A DNA stretch of 18,944 nt from Thermoproteota archaeon (GTDB lineage: Archaea; Asgardarchaeota; Jordiarchaeia; Jordiarchaeales; Freyrarchaeaceae). Both the position numbers and the translations under genes were made by a program. The notes below the pieces were generated by a model. That model made no database searches and was not told the DNA's origin. It saw only the letters and a list, made by a program, of their open reading frames with translations. Each line of letters starts with the position of its first letter. Position 1 is the stretch's first letter. Below, piece by piece: positions 1 through 7,440 of this stretch. Location: NCBI GenBank assembly GCA_029258835.1, contig JAPDJY010000016.1, forward strand, positions 1 to 18,944. Reading direction: 5' to 3'.

Positions 1-259
1 CCATGACCACCGGCCTCTCCGCCCCTCCCTCCCGTAAGTGCATATTCCGACCTGGCGGCACCCCGCCCTCATGGAGGCGGCGCCGTCACCGTCTCCTTCG
101 CAGTTTGCTAGGGGATATGGGTTTCTAAGGGAGATCTCCATGATTAGGTGGCTGCATCCCGCTCCTCCCCTGCGGCATGTCTCCTCCCCGCCAGCCTGAC
201 CATCCTCCGTCCACGCCCGTCGACGTAGGTCACCGTGAGCATGGATGCGAGCCCGGTCT

Positions 260-557
260 CACACGTTAACCAGTGCTGGCCTTATACGCCTTTCTTAGGG
301 CGGATGCAGTTAAGAAACGTGGATGATTAGCCGTCGCCAGGGCCGCATAGCTGGAAAGGTAAGGCTGAGGATGATCCGGATCGCAAGCGCAATAGCAGCC
401 CCCTATATCCTCACATATTTTAGAAAGGAATTATTTGATGGAAGCACCCCGACCGAAGCATCCTTGACCGTTCCTATTTACCGTTCCCATCCTTCTCGCC
501 TGGCACTTCCCGGTTTGTTGACGGATGCCTGTGGCAGAATTGGATGGTTAACGTGTG
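260..557. repeat. 13-bp perfect inverted repeat pair bounding a 298-bp non-coding segment
   Basis: CACACGTTAACCA at 260-272 and its exact reverse complement TGGTTAACGTGTG at 545-557; no clear target-site duplication. Confidence 0.6.
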
Positions 558-635
558 GATTTAAAGGTCAGCTATGGGGGTTGCGAGGGAAACTTTTATG
601 AGTAAGAGTGTCCAGTAGTTGGCGGAGGGATTTGG

Positions 636-1178
636 TTGAAGGAGTTGGATGCTATTCTGGAGGAGGCTTACCGTAGAGGATACGAGTATTTGAAGAGGTG
701 GCGTGCCTGCGCCCCAACGGTCTTCGCAGCCGTGATGGATACCCTCGGACGCGGCGACGACCCCGTGGTTAGGGAGGTGTGGAAGGCAACTATAGGGTTG
801 ACCGGCGGCACGGGGAACATGTCCCTTGGCACCTGTGGAGCCATGGCTGGGGCTGCCGCGGCGATAAGCTTTAGCTTCGGCTTCACCCAGGAAGAACTTG
901 AAAAGGACATCATGAAGATGCTTAACGTTAACGGCGTCGTAGCCGAGGTTGGAGCTAAGATGAGAGAGAAGTACGGCGGGATAAGGTGTGTAGAGGTCCA
1001 GTTTCACAATTGGGGGAAAGCATACATTTTCACAAATCCCAAAGCCCTGATGGAATTTGCAAGCCTGTCAGAGGGGGCCGAGGCAACACCCGAGTGCCAG
1101 AAGGTGACGGGGGACCTAGCCCGCTGGGCCGTGGAGAAGATCCTCCAGTATAATCCCGGCTTCGCAAAAAGGAAGTAG
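636..1178 (+). CDS. C-GCAxxG-C-C family putative redox-active protein
   Basis: 180-aa ORF with the four family motifs: RACAPTV, GTCGAMAG, IRCVEV, PECQKV. TTG start preceded by GGAGGG; TATA-like AAACTTTTATG at ~590-600. Confidence 0.85.
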   Translation: MKELDAILEEAYRRGYEYLKRWRACAPTVFAAVMDTLGRGDDPVVREVWKATIGLTGGTGNMSLGTCGAMAGAAAAISFSFGFTQEELEKDIMKMLNVNGVVAEVGAKMREKYGGIRCVEVQFHNWGKAYIFTNPKALMEFASLSEGAEATPECQKVTGDLARWAVEKILQYNPGFAKRK

Positions 1179-1392
1179 GCGCTTTTAACGGCCTAAAGAA
1201 GATAATGGCCTAAAGAAGGGAGCCCGCCTGGCGGCGTTAAATCCTGCTTCACGTTCAAAGAAGCTGCTATTCGCCTCTAACCAAGCTAGTGCCAGCTTGC
1301 TGCGCCCAACCTGGAAGAGCAGCGCTGAATAATGCAGCTCTGCGTAACCTATTTAACGGCTTCCCTCTTTTTACACTAAACTTACGGGGTGG

Positions 1393-2528
1393 ATGATGCC
1401 ACTTAAAATGCATGAAATGGAGACCATGACGCCGAGGGAAAGGGTGGAAGCCACGTTAGCGTTGAAGGAGCCGGATCGGGTACCCTTCATCGCCGATTTC
1501 CACGCGGCGCAAGCCCTGTTGACCGGAATGACCATAGAAGAGTTCTTCTTCGACGTGAAGAAGTCCTATGAGGCAACAGGGAAGGTTTGGGGGTGTTTGG
1601 CGGCTTCGACATGTACTCCGGCTGCTCCCCCATAATAATATACTACCTCCCCTGGCCTAACCCGCATAGCATCTCTACTTCGACTGGCAGCTTCCAAAGG
1701 GGGACACCCCCAAGCAGATGATAGAGAGGGAAATAATGAAGAGGGAAGACTACAGGGTTGTGATGGAGGAGGGATTCACCCCGTTCAAAAGAAGGCCGGA
1801 ACTGGAAAAGGAGTTCGTTAAGTACGTGATGCAGTACGCAGAGCTCGACACTGGCGCTTGGCTAAGGGAGATGGATGTGCTGGCACTGGGACACGCTGTG
1901 GTGGAGCCACCCGTCGACGTGATATCCTTCCTAAGAAGCCTCAACAAGTTTCTTCTGGACGTCGTCGAGATCCCCGACACGCTCGTCGCATCCTGCGAGG
2001 CGACAACAGACGAGATGATAGCAACAGTCGACCCGCAGGTCCAGTTCATGGCAAGGGGGAAGGGGCCAAAAATAGTTGTTTACGGTTTTTCACGCGTTGC
2101 ATCAAACATCATCTCGCCGAGAAAGTTCGATCTCTTCTGGCTACACATTAAAAAGATAGCAGGTGAGATAATAAGGAAGGGTTGCATCGTCCTGTTCCAC
2201 CTGGATAACGACTACACGGCGGTGCTAGACTACTTTACGGAGTTCCCGAAGGGTAAAACGTGGTTCCACCTAGACCAGACGGACATCTTCAAAGCTAAGG
2301 AGGTTCTGGGGGACAGGGCATGTGTAATGGGGAACATGCCCCCACACGTGACGGCTTTGGGGACGCCGAGAGAAGTTGAGGAATACTGTAAGAGGCAGAT
2401 AGAGGGGTGCATGGAAGGGGGAGGATACATGCTCTGTTCGTCATGCGTCCTCCCAGACAGCATCCCGCCAGAGAACCTTAAAGCCATGAAAGAAATCAGT
2501 GATGAAGTACGGGTTTTACAGGGCGTAA
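1393..2528 (+). pseudogene. Uroporphyrinogen decarboxylase / MtaA-CmuA corrinoid methyltransferase family, frameshifted
   Basis: N-terminus MTPRERVEATLALKEPDRVP and C-terminal HLDND...MGNMPP...GTPREVEEYCKRQIE...GGGYMLCSSC...PPENLKAM are family hallmarks. A continuous protein is restored by frameshifts at ~1592 and ~1672 (bridging FGGFDMYSGCSPIIIYYLPWPNPHSI/YFDWQLPKGDTPKQM) and ~2493 (true end SVMKYGFYRA, TAA 2526-2528). The start could be a downstream ATG. Confidence 0.85.
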
Positions 2529-2557
2529 AGCGTGGAGGCGCTCGGCAGAGGAGACGC

Positions 2558-3169
2558 CTAGAGGAAGTCAGCCACTATCAGCTTACCATCCAGCTCCCCT
2601 TTAACTACTTTTTCAGCCTTCTGGATTTGGCCTGTTCACGACGAGCATGGGTATTCGCCGTTCCCCCCGCAAGAGGTCGATCTCTCTTCCTTTAAGGTAG
2701 TTTACGAAGTCCCAGCCTACCGGGCGTCCAGCTCACTCCTCGCCTATAAGGTCTGACCGGGCGGAAACCACTATAGCTTCAAACCCTACGTTGACGTGAG
2801 GTCACGTCCTCAGGCTCCAATCTCCAGAGGGGTTTGACTGCTTCCACTCCAACCTTCCAGTAGGCACGTTCAATCCACTCCCTTTGCTCGTCCAAGTATG
2901 CGTCGCCGAACACTACTCCCTAACGTCACGGGGAAGGGAGCAGACGGCTCCCTGAAATTTTCCTTGGTACTCCTCTTAGCCTGCCCCCACTTGCATGATA
3001 GGTGGGCCAACGATTGGCTTGGACACGTGCAACCTCCACGCTTACTCCGTGGGATCGAACCCTCCTTCGTGAACGAAAATGGAGTGTGATGTTCCGGGGC
3101 TGCTCGCCATCGCCTCGTAGTAGGCGAGGCAACAATCTTTTCCGCCGCTCCGAAAACAGCATAACTCAA
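2558..3169 (-). pseudogene. Diphthine--ammonia ligase / PP-loop ATP pyrophosphatase family pseudogene
   Basis: Fragments in alternating frames on the minus strand: SGGKDCCLAYYEAM (PP-loop, 3135-3149), HGVSVEVARVQA, VVFGDAYLDEQREWIER (~2866-2916), AVKPLW, GFEAIVVSARSDL and CGGNGEY (~2651-2671; family consensus CGENGEY). GAGGTG RBS lies before TTG at 3169. Multiple stops and frameshifts; the 3' end is approximate. Confidence 0.8.
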
Positions 3170-3201
3170 GGTCCACCTCAAAAAGTGGAGGGGAAACGGG
3201 A

Positions 3202-4452
3202 TTAGACGTTGACGTTTTCTATGATGGTTGCTCCTCCCTGTCCGCCTCCTCCGCAGAGGGTGGCGCAGCCGTACTTTGCACCTTCAATGTTGAGTATCCT
3301 CGCCAGAGTCCCGGTGAGCCTTAACCCCGTCGCCCCGAGGGGATGCCCTATCGCAATCGCTCCACCCTTCACGTTAACCCTGTCAGGGTCTAGCCCAAGC
3401 TTCTTGATTGCGAACAGCGTCACCACCGCAAAGGCCTCGTTTATCTCCCAGAAGTCTATGTCCTTAACCTCCATCCCAGCATGCTTCAATGCCATACGGG
3501 AAGCTGGAACAGGCCCCTCGCCCATAACGCTTGGGTCTACTCCTGCCCAGCCCATCGAAACTATCTTCGCCATCGGCTCCAGCCCATACTCCTGCATCTT
3601 CTTCTTGGACATTAAGAGCAGGGCCGTTGCCCCAGCGTTGAGGGGGGAGGAGTTCCCGGCTGTAATCACGCCGTCGGGCTTGAACGCCGGCTTAAGCTTC
3701 TCCATCGCCTCCATGGACGTCTCAAACCTTATGGACTGGTCTACGTCTATCACCTTCCTGCTTCCGTCAGCGAGCTCCACCTCGACGGGCACTATCTCGC
3801 CGTCACGCCTACCCTCCGGGTAGCCTGCCCCATTCCTGAAGTACCCCTCCTTAACTGCTTCAGCGGCCAGCCTGTGGCTTCTGAGGCTCCACTCGTCTAG
3901 GTCTCTCTTAGTCCACCCTAGCTCGTCTTTGTATTTTGCGAAAAGCTTCTCCGCGGTTAACCCCATTGACAGCGCAGTCATCAAGTCATACTTCTCCACC
4001 AAGTCCTTGCGAGCTAGCAGGGTTGGAGTTACGCCTATGTGGGGGTTGAGGTCCATCTGCATTGGGAGGTGGGTCATGTGCTCTATTCCGCAGGCGAAAA
4101 CAATGTCCGAGTAGCCTAGCATTATCTCCATTATCCCCTGATGCATGGCCGACATGGCCGAAATGCACACTCGCTCAGTACCTTGGGAGGGGACGTTCAT
4201 TGGAAGGTCGGCGAGAATGTTGACGACCCTTCCGCCGTAAAGCCAGTTCTCCTTCATCTGCATGGTGCACCCGGTGATGACGTCCCCTATCTCCTCAGGG
4301 TTTATACCCGTCCTGTCGATGATCTTCCTTACGAGCATCGCGGCGAGGTCTGGCATGTAAACCTTGTTAAACACGTCCCTGTCAGGCTCCCTAGGCCTAG
4401 ACCTTGAAAACGGAGACCTGAGGTAATCCACTATGTATACTTCTTCAACCAT
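3202..4452 (-). CDS. Acetyl-CoA C-acyltransferase (thiolase)
   Basis: 416 aa with all thiolase motifs: RVCISAM (nucleophilic Cys), GNSSPLNAGA, EINEAFA, GHPLGATG, CGGGGQG. GGAGGT RBS upstream. Confidence 0.95.
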   Translation of the reverse strand: MVEEVYIVDYLRSPFSRSRPREPDRDVFNKVYMPDLAAMLVRKIIDRTGINPEEIGDVITGCTMQMKENWLYGGRVVNILADLPMNVPSQGTERVCISAMSAMHQGIMEIMLGYSDIVFACGIEHMTHLPMQMDLNPHIGVTPTLLARKDLVEKYDLMTALSMGLTAEKLFAKYKDELGWTKRDLDEWSLRSHRLAAEAVKEGYFRNGAGYPEGRRDGEIVPVEVELADGSRKVIDVDQSIRFETSMEAMEKLKPAFKPDGVITAGNSSPLNAGATALLLMSKKKMQEYGLEPMAKIVSMGWAGVDPSVMGEGPVPASRMALKHAGMEVKDIDFWEINEAFAVVTLFAIKKLGLDPDRVNVKGGAIAIGHPLGATGLRLTGTLARILNIEGAKYGCATLCGGGGQGGATIIENVNV

Positions 4453-4489
4453 AACTATTACCTCCTTTCAGCACCACCATCAAAAAACT

Positions 4490-4507
4490 TTCTTTATAAA
4501 AATTTCG
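4490..4507 (-). promoter_or_regulatory. Putative BRE/TATA promoter of the thiolase gene
   Basis: Minus strand reads CGAAATTTTTATAAAG about 40-55 nt upstream of the ATG at 4452. Confidence 0.55.
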
Positions 4508-4867
4508 ATTTACGGTGGCTCAGCCGAAAACTGGGCGTAGAAGGCCGCCCCCTCCGAGGCTAAGGGCGCCTCCATCCGGCAGCCAAGTAGGAGGATAAAT
4601 GAATAGTTTGAGGGTTGCAGAAGGGAGTGCGAAGCCTAAGAGTTGCCGGAATGGGACGGTGCGGCCGAAGCCCCATCATTCCGCCTTTTCGATGATGCGC
4701 TATCCGCTTTGGTTGAGCTCCCGGAACGGTTGAAACGTTAATGGTGGGGAGGGAAGGTTGAGGGAAAGTTGAAGGAGAGTAAGGATGGTGAATCATTGAA
4801 GAGGGATCATTCAAATCAGACTAGAATGCTGTGAAATCCTTAAATATGATGTTCGTCACCACTTTGA

Positions 4868-6091
4868 GTGGTGGTTTCCTTGACGGAGGGGAAATATTAC
4901 TTCTTTGACGAGGATTCATGCGACCTTTGCGGCGTCTGCCTTAGTAAGTGCCCTGTGATGGGGTTGCCCGTCGAGGAGGCGAAGGAGGAAGTGAGAAGGC
5001 TGGTTGAGGGAGAGGAGGCAAGGCATGTTTTCTCGAAGTGCACTGGCTGCATGACGTGTAACCTCCTCTGCCCTAAAGACTGCAAGCCCTACGATCTCAT
5101 CCTTTACAGGCTCTACGAACGCTACAGGAGGGATGGCTTGCCGTCCATTGCAAGGTTCATGGTAACCCCGACTCAAACCCCATCAAACGTTTGGTCCCTC
5201 GCCCTCTCCGAGGACGAGAGGGAAACGTTCAGGCTATGGGAGGAGGCGGCCGAAGCGGCCGAAAGGAGAGGGGTTGAGGAGGTCGTCTACCCGGGATGCG
5301 TGATGTGCTTCCCTCCATACCTCAGCCACTCGAAGCTCTTTGACGGCCTCACCATCGCCGTGAGAAACGAGCTTTGCTGCGGGGAGCCATTTTACAGGAT
5401 AGGCGTGCTCGACGTGGCGGAGCAGGCTGCGAGAAGGCTGGAGGAGTGGTTCGGGAGGATAGGCGCTAGAAAGGTGGTTTTCCCGTGCCTCGGCTGCTAC
5501 GACACGATAATGAAAATCTACCCTGAAAGGTTCGGGGTCAAGTACGACTTTGAAGGCGTAGCGTTCCTCGACCTCATCTGGGACAAGATCGAGAGCGGAG
5601 AGGTGAAGGTTAAAAACAGGCTTAACATCAAAGTTACGGTGCACGACAACTGCCATTCAAAGCCATTCGGGGACAAGTACCATGACCTAACCCGCATGAT
5701 CTTGGAAAAGCTGGGGGCCGAGATAGTCGAAATGAAGCATAACAGGGAGAACGCCTCGTGCTGTGGGCTGGCAGCGTTTGCTATTAGGCAGGACCCAGCA
5801 GACGTGGTTAACGTAGCAACGGGGGTAATCGAGGAAGCCGAGGAGACAGGCGCTGAAGCACTCGTGGTGAGGTGTGGAGGGTGCCTCACCACCCTCTCGG
5901 CGGCAAGCACCCTATCCCCTGGCAGGATGCCCGTCTATCACGTAATAGAGCTTGTACAGAAAGCTATCGGAGAAGAGCTGCAACGCGGAAGCGTGGAGAG
6001 AGCAGGGAGAATAGTCAAACTATTGTTTGAGGAGCTGCCGAAACACCTCGCCAACCTACCAGAGAGATACTGGGTGACATTGCAAGATTAG
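4868..6091 (+). CDS. HdrD/GlpC-like (Fe-S)-binding oxidoreductase with two 4Fe-4S motifs and two CCG domains
   Basis: CDLCGVCLSKCP and CTGCMTCNLLCP ferredoxin motifs; CCG domains YPGC...CCGEP...FPCLGC and HDNCH...CCGLA...RCGGC; TATA-like CTTAAATA at ~4839-4847. Confidence 0.9.
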   Translation: MVVSLTEGKYYFFDEDSCDLCGVCLSKCPVMGLPVEEAKEEVRRLVEGEEARHVFSKCTGCMTCNLLCPKDCKPYDLILYRLYERYRRDGLPSIARFMVTPTQTPSNVWSLALSEDERETFRLWEEAAEAAERRGVEEVVYPGCVMCFPPYLSHSKLFDGLTIAVRNELCCGEPFYRIGVLDVAEQAARRLEEWFGRIGARKVVFPCLGCYDTIMKIYPERFGVKYDFEGVAFLDLIWDKIESGEVKVKNRLNIKVTVHDNCHSKPFGDKYHDLTRMILEKLGAEIVEMKHNRENASCCGLAAFAIRQDPADVVNVATGVIEEAEETGAEALVVRCGGCLTTLSAASTLSPGRMPVYHVIELVQKAIGEELQRGSVERAGRIVKLLFEELPKHLANLPERYWVTLQD

Positions 6092-6280
6092 GGAAGAACG
6101 GTAACCCCGCATTACAAGCATGAAAAAATAAAAGAAAAAGATATTGATGAATTTTTCACTGGAGCTGGGAGGGAGCTGGTGGGGGCAAGGCGTTCCAGCC
6201 CGGCATGAACTTTAACCGGGGACTAAAAGTTTAAAATCCGTGTAGAGTGAAAAGCTTTATCGTCTACATTATTTAACTGG

Positions 6281-6380
6281 TTGCGGCGTCTTCTTCGCTG
6301 AAAGGTCATCGGGTGAAGGCAACTTCACCCTTTCACCCAACCGCTTAGAGCGGAGTGAAACGGTGGAAGATTGACGGCAA
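6281..6380 (+). ncRNA. Candidate structured small RNA (three-way junction)
   Basis: Imperfect closing stem 6281-6300/6361-6380; hairpin GGGTGAAG-GCAA-CTTCACCC (6311-6330, GNRA loop); nested stem TTTCAC..CCGCT-TAG-AGCGG..GTGAAA (6331-6360); upstream BRE/TATA-like AAAAGTTTAAAA (~6226-6237). Confidence 0.4.
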
Positions 6381-6436
6381 AGGGTCGCTCGATTTAAATA
6401 CCCTTTAACCTTAAATAATTTTTTGGAGAGGGATGC

Positions 6437-7264
6437 GTGTTGGTAAGCTATAGAGAAGAGCTTAAAAAGGAATTCCTGAGAATGCTTAGAGAGGACGACG
6501 CTTTCAGAGCTGAAGTTACGTCGATGCTTGCAGGAGGAATACTTGAAAGAGAGGAAATACGCAGCCTCACAAAGGAAATACGGAACCTAGCAGAAAAAAT
6601 ATCAGCATTCACCGAGGAAACAAGGAAAACAAACATCAGCATCCAGAAAGAAATAGAAAACGCCAACAGACGCCTCGACGCATTCGAAAGAGAAATGACG
6701 AAGTTCAGGGAGGAGTCGGCGAAGCGCATGGACGCCTTCGAGAAGGAGATGATGAGGCTGAGGGAGGAGTCGGCGAAGCGCATGGACGCCTTCGAGAAGG
6801 AGATGGAGATGCGTATTAAGCTTTCTGAGGAGCGTTTGAGGTTGCTTGAGGAGTCTGTTGAGGAGTTTAGGCGTTTTGTTATAGGTGGTTTGGGTGCTAG
6901 GTGGGGTCTTGCTAGTGAGGAGGCGTTTAGGGATGGGCTTCGTGGTTTGATGGAGAGGTATGGGGTGAAGGTGAGTAAGTGGGAGTATTATGATTCTGAG
7001 TGTGTGGTTTTCAGGCGTCCTAGCATGGTTGAGGTTGACGTTTTGATTAGAGATGAGGAGCATGTGCTGGTTGAGATTAAGTCGAGTGTGAGTAAGGAGG
7101 ATGTGGAAAAGTTCCTTGATAAGGCCTCCCTTTACGAGAGGGTGAAGAAGGTTAAGCCCTCCCTCGTCATAATTTCACCTTTCGTGCATCCTAAAGCAGA
7201 GGAGTACGCTAAGGAAAACAACGTGAAAGTATACACTAGCGTAAGGGAATTTGTCTCGAGATAG
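6437..7264 (+). CDS. Coiled-coil PD-(D/E)XK nuclease-fold protein (DUF3782/DUF1626-like archaeal paralog family)
   Basis: N-terminal LREDDAFRAEV, long heptad coiled coil, then GLGARWGLASEEAFR and EVDVLIRDEEHVLVEIKSS (D...E-x-K catalytic motif). Confidence 0.88.
   Translation: MLVSYREELKKEFLRMLREDDAFRAEVTSMLAGGILEREEIRSLTKEIRNLAEKISAFTEETRKTNISIQKEIENANRRLDAFEREMTKFREESAKRMDAFEKEMMRLREESAKRMDAFEKEMEMRIKLSEERLRLLEESVEEFRRFVIGGLGARWGLASEEAFRDGLRGLMERYGVKVSKWEYYDSECVVFRRPSMVEVDVLIRDEEHVLVEIKSSVSKEDVEKFLDKASLYERVKKVKPSLVIISPFVHPKAEEYAKENNVKVYTSVREFVSR
6707..6805 (+). repeat. Intragenic tandem repeat, 45-bp identical unit with 54-bp period (18 aa)
   Basis: AGGGAGGAGTCGGCGAAGCGCATGGACGCCTTCGAGAAGGAGATG at 6707-6751 and 6761-6805 (REESAKRMDAFEKEM x2). 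A synonymously diverged third unit (RRLDAFEREM) precedes it. Confidence 0.95.
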
Positions 7265-7418
7265 CCATTCTTCAACCTTAGTGAACTTTAAGTGGATGTG
7301 GCGGGGAAAGGCGGCAAGCAGCGTTTTTCATGTAGATGAAGTGCACTCTTCAGCGTGAAGGGTCGTGAACATTTATTCACGGTTGAGGTGCTGATGAAGG
7401 TGACGGCGGTCTGAGTTT

Positions 7419-7429
7419 AAAAAAGGGGG
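7419..7429 (-). terminator. Oligo-T archaeal terminator candidate after the membrane-protein gene
   Basis: Minus strand CCCCCTTTTTT about 11 nt after the stop; conserved after the paralog (15771-15782). Confidence 0.5.
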
Positions 7430-7440
7430 TTGTTGGGTGT

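Noticed and set aside
1-260. GC-rich stretch with short minus-strand frames (MLTVTYVDGRG..., SHLIMEISLRNPY...)
   Set aside because: It may be a decayed gene, but no recognisable motif is present and it is truncated by the window edge.
323-601. 92-aa plus-strand ORF
   Set aside because: No RBS and no recognisable motif; it lies in the inverted-repeat-bounded spacer and overlaps the next promoter.
1186-1345. 17-bp-period duplication (TAAYGGCCTAAAGAAG x2) and three short hairpins
   Set aside because: Only two units and stems of 5-8 bp; insufficient for a CRISPR array or an ncRNA call.
2529-2695. C-terminal extension of the 325-aa ORF
   Set aside because: Artefact of the frameshift at ~2493; it reads antisense through the diphthine-ammonia ligase pseudogene.
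6298-6360. Hammerhead ribozyme or TPP/glycine riboswitch reading of CTGAAAG...GAAA
   Set aside because: The core is CUGAAAG rather than CUGANGA, the GAAA is paired in the best fold, and the other riboswitch consensus blocks are absent.
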